Shown: positions 8,430 to 17,557 of the stretch, piece after piece
How positions within the stretch are numbered: position 1 is the first letter of the stretch
Layout of the letters: each line of letters opens with the position of its first letter
Virus record (IMG/VR): IMGVR_UViG_3300042139_000023
DNA: 64,000 nucleotides
Source: a virus
Taxonomy: Duplodnaviria; Caudoviricetes
Direction: 5' to 3' (one strand)
Translations under genes and position numbers: made by a program
Notes under the pieces: model-generated
Databases searched by the model: none
Told to the model about the DNA's origin: nothing
The model's input: only the letters and a program-made list of their open reading frames with translations

Positions 8430-8971
8430 TGCGAACCTGGGAAGCCGACGTCATCGCGGCCAAGGCGCACAAGGATCAGTTCGACAAGAACGGGGTGCCG
8501 TACATCGAGCACGCGCGGGCGGTCTCCGCTGGCCTCGCGTCGTTCTCGGAACCCGTCCGGGTTGCCGGGCTGCTGCACGACGTCGTCGAGGACACCGACG
8601 AGACCCTGGAGTCCCTGCGGGCGGCGGGCGTCACCGAGATCTCCCTGGAGATCATCGACGCGGTCACGAAGGTGCCGGGATCGACGAAGCGTGAGCAGAT
8701 CGAACGGGTCATCCAGGGCGGCTACGCGGCCATGCTGGTGAAGACGAGCGACAACGCCCACAACTCCCTGCCCGATCGCCTCAAGCACCTGGACGGGCCC
8801 ACCAGGGACCGCCTGGAGCGCAAGTACAAGGAGGCCCGGCGGATGATGTGGCCGCACCTGCGCCCCGCCGACATCTACGAGATCCTGCGGATCGTGAACC
8901 CCTCCCTCACCCCCGAGCTGAGCGAGCACGAGGCGGGCCGGAACAAGGGGGTGCGATGGACGGACGAGTGA
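8429..8971 (+). CDS. HD-domain phosphohydrolase, SpoT/Mesh1-like small alarmone hydrolase
   Basis: AHKDQ.DK.GVPYIEH..AGLLHDVVEDT..IDAVTK..LVKTSDNAHN. Confidence 0.8.
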   Translation: MRTWEADVIAAKAHKDQFDKNGVPYIEHARAVSAGLASFSEPVRVAGLLHDVVEDTDETLESLRAAGVTEISLEIIDAVTKVPGSTKREQIERVIQGGYAAMLVKTSDNAHNSLPDRLKHLDGPTRDRLERKYKEARRMMWPHLRPADIYEILRIVNPSLTPELSEHEAGRNKGVRWTDE

Positions 8972-9264
8972 AGCGGCCCGACCTGGACAATCACAAGATC
9001 GCGCTGGCGTGGCTCGAAGGTCTGTCACACCTCGATCTGTCGATCAAGTTCGACTGCTCTCCGCAGACCATCAGCACGCGCCTGGCGAAGGCCCGCAAGG
9101 AGTTCCCGGACCTGCCCTGGGGTGAACGGCAGATCATTCCGGGAAGTACGGCATCCGGCGGTTCCGGCGTGAAGGGCTACCTGCGCATGAACGACGGCAG
9201 GCCGGGCGAGTCGGCCCTTCCTCGGGGATCGATCGTGAACGGCGGCGCCCTGCGCAGGCGGTGA
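8956..9264 (+). CDS. HTH-containing protein
   Basis: LSHLDLSIKFDCSPQTISTRLAKAR resembles a sigma region-4/LuxR-type HTH. Confidence 0.55.
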   Translation: MDGRVKRPDLDNHKIALAWLEGLSHLDLSIKFDCSPQTISTRLAKARKEFPDLPWGERQIIPGSTASGGSGVKGYLRMNDGRPGESALPRGSIVNGGALRRR

Positions 9265-9269
9265 ATTCA

Positions 9270-9302
9270 GAAGGGCCCGGCCTCCCCCAGGCCGGGCCCT
9301 TC
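9270..9302. terminator. bidirectional terminator between convergent genes
   Basis: GAAGGGCCCGGCCT-CCCCC-AGGCCGGGCCCTTC, 14-bp stem. Confidence 0.75.
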
Positions 9303-9303
9303 G

Positions 9304-9678
9304 TCAGGTTCCGTTGCGGTTGTACTCGACGATCCTCTCCGGCGGCGCCGGGGGCTCGATGCCATGCGAGCGCATCTGCCCGGTCAGCTCCGAGACGTAC
9401 CAGGAGAACGCCCGGACCAGAGAAGTGAGGCTGTCGATGCGGTTCTCGTGCCGCTCCAGCTTCCTCTCCAGTCCGTCACGGATCTCCCGGAAGGTCGCCA
9501 GATCCTGCTGTCGCTGGGCCGGTTCCGCGTTCGCCACAGCAGTCGCCCGCTGGGCTTCGGCGGTCATCTTGGCAGCCGCCTTGGTGGCGCGGGCGGCAAA
9601 AAGGCCAGAACCGAGGAGCGCAAGTGCCCCCAGAACGGCCCCGACGACGGGCAGGACAGCCCCCCAGTCTTCGCTCAT
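9304..9678 (-). CDS. lysis-cassette membrane protein (N-terminal TM plus coiled coil)
   Basis: TM AVLPVVGAVLGALALLGSGLF then helical tail; last gene of the lysis operon. Confidence 0.65.
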   Translation of the reverse strand: MSEDWGAVLPVVGAVLGALALLGSGLFAARATKAAAKMTAEAQRATAVANAEPAQRQQDLATFREIRDGLERKLERHENRIDSLTSLVRAFSWYVSELTGQMRSHGIEPPAPPERIVEYNRNGT

Positions 9679-10109
9679 CTTCGCTCCTTCTGGAGGGTCT
9701 GGCGGGGCACTGAGTACTCAGGTACTGACGCGGCCCACAGGATGATGCCGACGTGGCTTATCGCGTACCACGCGGCGAGGGCGAACCCCCTGGGATAGTC
9801 GCCGGAGACCGCACTCCAGAGGAACGTGGAACCCCACACCAGGGGAGGGATCAGCGCGGTGAAGAACCCGAGCCAATCCCTCCCGATGCGGAGCCAGGCG
9901 CACCCGAAGGTGATGGATCCGCAGATGATCCAGACCGACGACCAGCACTGAACGCCGCCATGCCTGTTGAGGAGTCCCAGACCCACCGGGCTCGGGCCCG
10001 GATCGAGTGCGTACCCCAGGCCGAAGCAGACCTTGCCCAGGCCCAGGAGTACGAGTGCGGTACCACGGCGACCCAGCCTCTTGTACAGCCGCCGGATCGC
10101 CGTGGCCAT
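9675..10109 (-). CDS. four-TM membrane protein of lysis cassette
   Basis: RLGRRG.ALVLLG pattern and four hydrophobic segments. Confidence 0.65.
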   Translation of the reverse strand: MATAIRRLYKRLGRRGTALVLLGLGKVCFGLGYALDPGPSPVGLGLLNRHGGVQCWSSVWIICGSITFGCAWLRIGRDWLGFFTALIPPLVWGSTFLWSAVSGDYPRGFALAAWYAISHVGIILWAASVPEYSVPRQTLQKERR

Positions 10110-10486
10110 CAGGCCGCCCGGCTGAAGGCGGTGGGCGCCTTCTGCTCGATCGGTACGGAGACGACGGGCGCCGTGACCCTCTCACGCAGCCACAGCGCGA
10201 CCGCACTCTCGACGATCAGCATCCACAGGGCCTGCTGTTCGGCGCTCATCTCCAGCCCGAAGGCGAGGAACAGGGCCAGCGCACCCTGCGCCAGGTTGAT
10301 CACGGCCGCACCGACGGCGCCCGTCTTCAGGACGACCGCCTCGACGAGCGCGACCACCAGGCTGAGGAAAGCCATGATGGCGCCCTGCATCTCGTCGGAG
10401 ACGTCCAGGCCGTACGCCGACGCCAGCTTCAGCGCGACGGCGATGAAGGCCAGGATGTACACCGGCTCTCTGCCGAAGATCTTCAT
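10109..10486 (-). CDS. holin
   Basis: MKIFGREPV..four TMs..RERVTAPV, typical actinophage holin; directly downstream of endolysin. Confidence 0.75.
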   Translation of the reverse strand: MKIFGREPVYILAFIAVALKLASAYGLDVSDEMQGAIMAFLSLVVALVEAVVLKTGAVGAAVINLAQGALALFLAFGLEMSAEQQALWMLIVESAVALWLRERVTAPVVSVPIEQKAPTAFSRAA

Positions 10487-10503
10487 TGGGCCACCTTTCG
10501 TGG

Positions 10504-11604
10504 TCACGCGACGACGGTGAAACCGTGCTTCTCGCCGAGCCTAGTGAGACTGTCGTTCCCGGGTATGCCATCTGCTGCACCACCCGGAGCCGTACTGGCA
10601 CCCGGGTACAGCTTGAGCTGCCACTTGCGGTACGCCTCGACGGTCGTCGTGCCGAAGTGTCCGTCGAGGTAGGTCTTCGCCAGGAGCCCTTCGTCCACCA
10701 GAGCGGCTTCGACCGTCTTCGTTCCGGCGTACGTGACCGGCTGACCCGACGCCTTCGGGTCGGACTTGGCCGCCGCGACGAGCTGCGACAGGTCGACCTT
10801 CGGCTTCTGCGGCTTCGGCAGGCCGGATCCCTTGGGGACCGTCAGCTCCTGCCCAGGGAAGATCTCGTTCTTGTTCTTGATCTTGTCCTTGTTGGCCGCG
10901 TACAGGGCGTCGACCGTCACGCCCAGGGCCTTCGCGATACCGCTCAGCGTGTCGCCCGGCTTCACGGTGTACGTGGTGCCGGTGGACGGCGGCGGGGTCG
11001 GCTTGTCGGGCCCTGCACCCAGGCGCGAGCGCACGCGCGCACGCATGGAGTCCATGGTGAAGCCCAGCGGGTCCACCTTCCCGGGCTGCCACTCCTTGTG
11101 GCCGATGACCGAGAGCGGGCCCCAGTCGTGGTACCGGCAGATGGCCGCTGCGACCCGTTCGATGGCTTCGAGCTGAGCTGCGGGCCAGGGGTCCTTGCCG
11201 TTGCCCAGGTTCTCGCACTCGAAGCCGTAGAAGGCCCTGTTGCCGTCCACGGTGGCCTCGTTGTCGGCGGGCGCCGAGCGCTCGTCGATGACCGCCTGGA
11301 GTACGTCCGGGTCGCCGAGGCCAGCATGGTTGGCACGGCCGTAGCCAACCAAGTAGACCTTGCCGCTCTTGGCGATCATGCCGTGGCAGAGCGGACCGGG
11401 CAGGCCGGAGTAGCCGTTGTTCACGATGTTGACGGTGTTCTGGGTGCCACTGGTGACGGTGTGATGGATCATCACGCCATGCACGGCACCCCACGGTCCC
11501 TTGCTGTTGCGGTTGTGGGTCTCCCAGTTGCCGACTTCGACAACCTCGACGCCTTCCGCCTTCAGAGCGGCCAGAAATCTGGCTGCGCTCATCGGTGTAG
11601 ACAC
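10504..11604 (-). CDS. endolysin: N-acetylmuramoyl-L-alanine amidase, LysM, peptidoglycan-binding domain
   Basis: VMIHHT..GLPGPLCH..RANHAG..GFECEN..VIGHKEW..KVDP; LysM YTVKPGDTLSGIA..IFPGQEL; DGHFGTTTVEAYRKWQ; GGAGGGAGG RBS before GTG 11604. Confidence 0.92.
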   Translation of the reverse strand: MSTPMSAARFLAALKAEGVEVVEVGNWETHNRNSKGPWGAVHGVMIHHTVTSGTQNTVNIVNNGYSGLPGPLCHGMIAKSGKVYLVGYGRANHAGLGDPDVLQAVIDERSAPADNEATVDGNRAFYGFECENLGNGKDPWPAAQLEAIERVAAAICRYHDWGPLSVIGHKEWQPGKVDPLGFTMDSMRARVRSRLGAGPDKPTPPPSTGTTYTVKPGDTLSGIAKALGVTVDALYAANKDKIKNKNEIFPGQELTVPKGSGLPKPQKPKVDLSQLVAAAKSDPKASGQPVTYAGTKTVEAALVDEGLLAKTYLDGHFGTTTVEAYRKWQLKLYPGASTAPGGAADGIPGNDSLTRLGEKHGFTVVA

Positions 11605-11706
11605 GGGTTCCTCCCTCCGTGTGATGGTCATAGCTTCGCACGAATCTACGAAGAAGCGACTCGACAACTTCCCGCTTTCCTGCAATACTGTTTCTAGGAA
11701 AGGGGA

Positions 11707-12375
11707 TTGACCGTGAACAAGAAGACCGTAGTGATCGCATCTGGGGCCGCTGGCATCATCCTGGCCGTCTCCGCGTGTGGTACCGACACCTACGACTACG
11801 AGGTTTCCGGCCTCGTGCAGGGGCAGCAGGTCGACTACGACTGCCCCAACGAGCTGTCCATGGACGCCGTCGCGTTCGTGACCGGCAAGGGCGGCGGCGG
11901 AGGCAGGAGCAGCAGCAAGAAGTCCTCCAGCGACAGCAGCAGCTCGGACTCCTCGGACTCCAGCGACAGCAGCAGCACCACCACGAACCGGCAGCAGAAC
12001 CGCTCCTCCGGCACGACGGCTTCGAAGGCGCCCTCCAAGGCTGCCTCGACCCCGGCCTCGAAGGCCCCGTCGACCAGCTCCGGAACGAACCAGCGCAGCT
12101 CCAGCCCGAGCGCCGCGCCGCCCGTCAAGAACAAGGGCGTCAAGCTGAAGAAGAAGCCCGAGAAGCCGCAGAAGCTCAAGGGCAAGAAGCTCCCCAAGGT
12201 GAAGTACAAGTTCAAGCCGAAGGGCTGCGAGACGGAGTACGAGATCTTCGTCCTCGCCGACGACGGCTACCTGTACGAGCAGGACGTCCGCAAGGCCGAC
12301 TACGACAACTGCGTGAAGGCCAAGATCCCGGCCGGGAAGAAGAACAAGCTCTTCCCGCTCTGCACCAAGGGCTGA
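11707..12375 (+). CDS. lipoprotein with Ser-rich and Lys-rich linker
   Basis: Signal peptide with lipobox VSA-C; poly-Ser tract; four further Cys. Confidence 0.75.
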   Translation: MTVNKKTVVIASGAAGIILAVSACGTDTYDYEVSGLVQGQQVDYDCPNELSMDAVAFVTGKGGGGGRSSSKKSSSDSSSSDSSDSSDSSSTTTNRQQNRSSGTTASKAPSKAASTPASKAPSTSSGTNQRSSSPSAAPPVKNKGVKLKKKPEKPQKLKGKKLPKVKYKFKPKGCETEYEIFVLADDGYLYEQDVRKADYDNCVKAKIPAGKKNKLFPLCTKG

Positions 12376-12463
12376 TGTCGTACGCGATCGAGTGGGTGGC
12401 CACCCTGGCTGGTTCCGGGGTGGCCGCTCGCGCGTTCCTGTTCCTGAAGGAGAGGGGAAGGCG

Positions 12464-12877
12464 TTGAGCTACACCGGATCGGTGAGCGGGGTGTTCACCA
12501 TCGACCCGCCGCTCCCGTGGTCACAGATCAAGAACAGCCGGTTCTACCTGGACAACAAGCCCGACTCCCGGGACGACCCGAGCGTGGTTCTCGCGGTCGA
12601 GCGTTCCGAAGAGGAGACCGACACCGGCATCTCCACCGTCTTCACGTCGAGCGCGGCCATTCCGTGGCGCGAGTCCTTCGACTGTCGCGACCTGGAGAAG
12701 GACGTGAAGAAGCTGGTCGCCGAGATGACGGAGATCGACAGAACCGTTCAGGGCGTGATGGTGGTCGACGGCGAGTGGGCCGGTGACATCTGGCGCGTCG
12801 TCGCCGACGAGGACGGGGTGCGCAGGGAGAACGCCCGCTTCGTGTGGCCCGACGGAACCGAAGTCCAGTTCAAGTGA
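12464..12877 (+). CDS. hypothetical protein (DUF6205-like)
   Basis: MSYTGSVSGVFTIDPPLPWSQI..G....DGE..GDIWRVV pattern; TTG start after GGAGAGG. Confidence 0.6.
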   Translation: MSYTGSVSGVFTIDPPLPWSQIKNSRFYLDNKPDSRDDPSVVLAVERSEEETDTGISTVFTSSAAIPWRESFDCRDLEKDVKKLVAEMTEIDRTVQGVMVVDGEWAGDIWRVVADEDGVRRENARFVWPDGTEVQFK

Positions 12878-12935
12878 GACCGCCTGGAGGGGCACGGCAT
12901 CACGCCGTGCCCCTCTTTGGCGTGAAGGGAGACCG

Positions 12936-13220
12936 ATGAGGAACGACATGAGAACGATGCTCCGGACCGAGGTGTCGGAGTCCGTCAGGGCCCTTCTGGA
13001 GAAGCGGCGAAAAGACGTACTCGCCATGCTCGCTTCCTGTGGAGTGGACCCGATGGACATTCCGAGATGGCCGGAGATCTGGCGCGACGAGGAAGGGATC
13101 CACATCGACCGGTACATGCGGACCGAAGACGGCAGACTTCGCCGAGACGACTTCGGGTTCATGGTCGAGGAGTCCGTCATCCAGCCGACGGTGATCCCCG
13201 ACTGGATCGCGTACGGCTGA
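12936..13220 (+). CDS. hypothetical protein
   Basis: RBS GAAGGGAG; followed by terminator hairpin AGGCCCGTCGG-GAGA-CCGGCGGGCCT-TT (13225-13252). Confidence 0.6.
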   Translation: MRNDMRTMLRTEVSESVRALLEKRRKDVLAMLASCGVDPMDIPRWPEIWRDEEGIHIDRYMRTEDGRLRRDDFGFMVEESVIQPTVIPDWIAYG

Positions 13221-13266
13221 ACGGAGGCCCGTCGGGAGACCGGCGGGCCTTTCGTGTGCCATCAGC

Positions 13267-13379
13267 CTACCGTTCGGTAACTTTCCTTCGCCTCGAACCC
13301 GAAGAGAAGCTACCGAGAAGTAACAAGAATCGGGTCGGAAGACACCCGAATCCCGGAAGAAAAGCTACCGAAGGGTAAC
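13267..13379. repeat. three imperfect 15-bp direct repeats CTACCGNNNRGTAAC
   Basis: 13267 CTACCGTTCGGTAAC, 13310 CTACCGAGAAGTAAC, 13365 CTACCGAAGGGTAAC in a 390-bp intergenic region. Confidence 0.6.
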
Positions 13380-13579
13380 TGACAGAACGGGTGAATCGGA
13401 TGATTCGGGCTGTCCGTATCGACCACTTATGTCCTGCTGTAGCGTGTCGGAGATCCATAAAAAGTGGTCCGGTATGCCTGATTCGCAGGAGTTCATGGTG
13501 ATTCGAGGAAGGCCAGAATCGCAACGAATCTGGACAAGGTGCCCCAGGAGGTGGCCTACCCGGGCGGTAGGCCATCGGG

Positions 13580-13596
13580 TAGGATCGGCCTAGGCC
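13580..13596 (+). promoter_or_regulatory. -10 box plus GGCCTAGGCC operator
   Basis: TAGGAT (13580-13585), palindrome 13587-13596, GAAAGGAGG RBS, ATG 13613. Confidence 0.7.
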
Positions 13597-13612
13597 GTTC
13601 GAAAGGAGGCAC

Positions 13613-14080
13613 ATGGACGCCCAATCGCAGCTAGAGGCAAGCAAGTTGGTCCTCAACTTGCCGTACTTCGAGCTGATCATCACCGGCTCCAGGGACTGGG
13701 CGGACCGCAGAGCGGTCCATCTGCCGCTGACCCGCCTGCTGAAACGCCACGGCCGCCTGCTCATCCGCAACGGAAAGAACAGGCGAGGCGCCGACAGGAT
13801 CGTCAGCGACTGGTCCTCCCACTTCATCGACGTGCTGGTCCTGGAGAAGCCGTACCTGCCCGACTGGGACAGCCACGGCAACTACGCGGGCAACCTCCGC
13901 AACCAGGACATGGTCGATGCCGGGGCCCAGGCCGTCATGGCGTGGGCCAACCCCTGCCGGAAGAACGGCCGCTGGTGCCCGCCGGGCGAACACCCCTCGC
14001 ACGGCACGGCCGACTGTGTCGAACGCGCCAGGAAGGCGAACATCCCCGTCTACTTCAGCCCCGAAGGGATGAGCTGGTAG
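13613..14080 (+). CDS. DUF2493/YspA-like SLOG-family protein
   Basis: LIITGSRDW..GADRI..PDW..AG..RNQDMVD.GA..SHGTADCVERARKANIPV. Confidence 0.8.
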   Translation: MDAQSQLEASKLVLNLPYFELIITGSRDWADRRAVHLPLTRLLKRHGRLLIRNGKNRRGADRIVSDWSSHFIDVLVLEKPYLPDWDSHGNYAGNLRNQDMVDAGAQAVMAWANPCRKNGRWCPPGEHPSHGTADCVERARKANIPVYFSPEGMSW

Positions 14081-14140
14081 TTCGGCTCGAATTCCAGCGC
14101 GAACATCCGGAAGAACCTCGGAATCCAAGGAGATCGCACC

Positions 14141-14578
14141 ATGCAGAAGCTCACCACCGTCGCCCTGTCCACCGCGCTCGCGGGAGGGATGATGCTGACC
14201 GTGGCGCCCAGCGCCGATGCGGCCACCTCGATACGGGTGAAGGCCCTGAGTACCGCCGCCGCTCAGAAGGGGGACCCCTACAAGAGCGGCGCCGCTGGTC
14301 CGAACTACTTCGACTGCTCGGGCCTGACGTACTACTCGTTCAAGAAGAACGGCAGGACGCTCCCCCGCACGGCCCAGGCCCAGTACAACAAGTCCACGAA
14401 GATCCCCGCGAGCAAGCGGACCAAGGGTGACCTGGTCTTCTTCGGCGGCGCGAACTCGATCTACCACGTCGGCATCTACGCGGGCAGCGGCTACATCTGG
14501 CACTCCCCGAAGCCCGGCAAGAAGGTCGAGAAGGTCAAGCTGTGGACCTCTTCGGTCCGGTACGGGCGGTTCGTCTGA
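14141..14578 (+). CDS. secreted NlpC/P60 peptidoglycan endopeptidase
   Basis: Signal peptide; GDPY..GAAGPNYFDCSGL..GDLVFFG..HVGIYAG..WH. Confidence 0.9.
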   Translation: MQKLTTVALSTALAGGMMLTVAPSADAATSIRVKALSTAAAQKGDPYKSGAAGPNYFDCSGLTYYSFKKNGRTLPRTAQAQYNKSTKIPASKRTKGDLVFFGGANSIYHVGIYAGSGYIWHSPKPGKKVEKVKLWTSSVRYGRFV

Positions 14579-15926
14579 TGGCTGCCTTCCTGGTCACGGT
14601 GCGACTCGCCAAGAACCCCGAGCACAACCCGCGCGAGAAGAAGACCGGCCCGTGTCCGGTCAACGGAAAGCCCTGCACGGACGTGACGGGCGAGCACCAC
14701 ACCTTCCTGGTCGAGCTGGACGACGTGGACGATGCGGAGGCGGCACGCGAGATCTACACGGGCCTCTACCGGGTGACCCGCATCGAGACCGTATGACCGT
14801 GGGGATTCGCCTTGGATTCCAGGGCGAATCCCCGTAAGAACCCTCGGAATGGAGAGAACGTGAGCTGGACCGGAGGAACGGAGATCTTCGAATCGGTCTC
14901 CGAGGCGATCGAGCAGCGCGAGGAGGGCGAGATCTCCGGCAAGGAGCTGGTCGGCGCCCTCATCGAGGCGCTGAAGAAGCGGGGCTGGGACCCCACGGAC
15001 TATGGCGTCGGCGGCCTCGCCGAGGACTCCATCATCCGTGAGGCCATGGCCGAGCACGGCAACGTGGAGAAGTGCGACGGCGAGCACCCCGTGCAGCCGT
15101 GGCAGTGCGAGGAAAGCAAGGGCCACTACCCGGCCACGAAGCACGAGGACTACCAGGGAAACACCTGGTCGGAAGAGGAGGAAGCGTGAGCGAGATCCGC
15201 GCCCTGAACAGCCTGGGCGACATCGACAGGAGCGCCCGGCTCGCCGTGGAGAAGAGCATGACCCCGGGGTGCCACATCGTCATCGGCGGCTTCGGCCCGG
15301 TGAAGACGGGCTTCGGCGAGCGCATGACGGTACCGCTGGGGGACGCCCAGCTCGACGAGGACCCCGGCATCTTCGCCGAGCTGACCTACGAGCAGGCGCT
15401 GGACCTGAATGCGAAGCTGGCGGCGAAGCTGAACGAGCTGGCTTCCGAGCGCTGAGCAGCAGGAACGAGGAGAACGCGATGAGCATGTACGAGAAGATGC
15501 TCTGTACCGGCCCTTCGGGGTGCGGGCACCCCCGGCACGAGCACACCGGAACGCACGTGAAGGGCTCCCGGACGGCGTGCCGTCACAAGCTGGCGCAGGG
15601 CCGAGGGGTCTGCGCCTGCACCGAATTCAAGGAGGTTCGGGCTAATTCGTCCGTTTCGAAGCGGACTCCGGAAGCCGCTCGTGGCTGAGCGGCCGACCCC
15701 GCAGGAGGTCGAGACGAGCCGCCTGGCCAAGCTCCTGCTGGATCTGCACCGCTGCGAGCACGGCCGTCTGGAGGGGGACCCCTGTCTCTCGTGCGGCGGT
15801 CCGTCGGCGGGCAACCGCCTCATCCCACCAGGCACGCACATCGGGTACACCAGGTATGGGGACCGCATCGTGGTCCCCTCCTGGGAGGAGCACAACGACC
15901 CCAGAAAGTGGGTCCAAGGCCGCTGA
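14578..15926 (+). CDS. five small hypothetical ORFs (14578-14796, 14860-15189, 15186-15455, 15479-15688, 15681-15926), several Cys/His-rich
   Basis: Coupled starts and RBSs; motifs such as CPVNGKPC, CGHPRHEH..C..C.C, RCEHGR..CLSC. Confidence 0.55.
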
Positions 15927-16005
15927 AAAGTGGCCTGCAAGAACCAGCGAAAACGGCCCGCCGGAACGGCTCCGGCGGGCCACTCGGAGAGGAGATGAGG
16001 AGGTC

Positions 16006-17454
16006 ATGGCGATCCGCGTGAAGGTCCCGCAGGCAGCGGGAATCAGGCAGTCGATGGAGGTCCAGAACGGCTCCAAGGGCCTGGGCAGGATGTTCCGCAG
16101 GGGGCTGCACGGAAGCAAGAACTGGGTGCTGGAGCTGGACGAGAACGGCGAGCACCGCTCGGTGTGGGCCAAGGGTGGCCGGGCGTTCATCGTGCTCATC
16201 CCGGTCTGGGTGGTCCTGAGTGCGGCGACCGGCGGCCCGGAGCGGGGCGGCCACTCGACGAGCGTTCCGCAGGCGCTCGGCGCGGCTCTCCTTCTCACGG
16301 TGATCGGGCTGGCGGTGTTCTCCGCGCGTGAGCGGAAGCTGGGCCGCGAAGAGCCGTGGGTCACCGAGGGAGGCGACTCCAAGGGGATCACGGAAAGTGA
16401 GGATGGCGAGAACAAGACGCTCGTCGACCCCGCGCCGGAGAACTCCACGCAGATCCTCGAAAACCCGCAGGTCGAAGAGTCGGGTTCCGACGATGGGGCC
16501 GAACAGGAGATGGACGATTCGGAAGATTCGGTCGAAACCGAGCGATTCGAACAGCCGGATTTGCAGGAGCCGGTGCAGCAGGCCATTCCGTCCGAGGCGG
16601 AAACCCGCGTCATGACTGCGCCGGAGGCACCCACGACGGTGTTGCCGCAGGTCGTGCAGCAGGCCACTTCTGATGTCGCAGACCAGGACAAGTCGGGCCA
16701 GTCGTTCGAGGACATCGCCTCGGTGGCGAACGACTTTCGGACCGAAGCCTCGCAGCAGGCCAGTCAGGAACCGGCATATTCCCTGGTCAAGGACTCTGCG
16801 CCCGACATGCAGGAGCCCGTGCAGCAGGCCACTCCCCAGTGGACGAAGCTGGACGTTTCCGGCGTCACCGAGGGTGATAACGGACTCATCCCTGACGAGC
16901 CCACCACGCCCTTGCGGACCACCGTGCAGACGGCCTTGCACCAGAACCCCGATGCAAGCGAATCCGTGCAGGTCAGCCTGGAGAAGGAGCCCGTGCAGCA
17001 ACCCTTGCAGGGGGAGTTGCAGGTCCAGTTCGCCCAGGCTGGGCCCTACCCGGCCGGGGAAGAGCCGGAGCACGAGGACTGGTGGGTGGTGGCACCCGAC
17101 ATCGAGCCCGCAGCGGAGGCGGAGGAAGTCGCCCTGGAGCCCGTTCAGGAAGATGTCGCGCCCGAGCCCGTCCCCGTCTTCGCGGAGGCCGCAGAAGCGG
17201 AGCAGGAGGCGTCTCAGGTTCCGGTCGGCCGTCACCCGATGGTCGTGCTCACCTACCTCGCCTCCCAGGCCCCGAAGTCCGGCTTCACGCCCGAGGAGAA
17301 GGAGGCGGCTCGCACGGCTGTCATCACGTGGCTGCACGGGGAGATCCAGCAGGGACACCTGAACCGCGCCGAAGGCGCTCGTGTTCTCGGCGTGGACGCC
17401 TCCACGGTCGGTCGCTGGCTGAGCGACCTGAACGACGACCCCTGGGCCGGGTGA
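16006..17454 (+). CDS. membrane protein with acidic repeat-rich linker and C-terminal HTH
   Basis: Two TMs (FIVLIPVWVVL, LGAALLLTVIGLAVF), EPVQQA-type repeats, LNRAEGARVLGVDASTVGRWL. Confidence 0.7.
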   Translation: MAIRVKVPQAAGIRQSMEVQNGSKGLGRMFRRGLHGSKNWVLELDENGEHRSVWAKGGRAFIVLIPVWVVLSAATGGPERGGHSTSVPQALGAALLLTVIGLAVFSARERKLGREEPWVTEGGDSKGITESEDGENKTLVDPAPENSTQILENPQVEESGSDDGAEQEMDDSEDSVETERFEQPDLQEPVQQAIPSEAETRVMTAPEAPTTVLPQVVQQATSDVADQDKSGQSFEDIASVANDFRTEASQQASQEPAYSLVKDSAPDMQEPVQQATPQWTKLDVSGVTEGDNGLIPDEPTTPLRTTVQTALHQNPDASESVQVSLEKEPVQQPLQGELQVQFAQAGPYPAGEEPEHEDWWVVAPDIEPAAEAEEVALEPVQEDVAPEPVPVFAEAAEAEQEASQVPVGRHPMVVLTYLASQAPKSGFTPEEKEAARTAVITWLHGEIQQGHLNRAEGARVLGVDASTVGRWLSDLNDDPWAG

Positions 17455-17479
17455 CCAGGCCACACGAAATGGCCTACTC

Positions 17480-17514
17480 GAAGGGCCGCCAGACGATGTT
17501 CTGGCGGCCCTTCG
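17480..17514 (+). terminator. hairpin
   Basis: GAAGGGCCGCCAGA-CGATGT-TCTGGCGGCCCTTC. Confidence 0.6.
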
Positions 17515-17557
17515 CCGTACGCTGATGCCCGACACGGATCACTGGAAAGGTGATGGC

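Noticed and set aside
11900-12120. AGC/TCC tandem repeats as a phase-variable microsatellite
   Set aside because: Mixed serine codons in frame; explained by the Ser-rich protein linker
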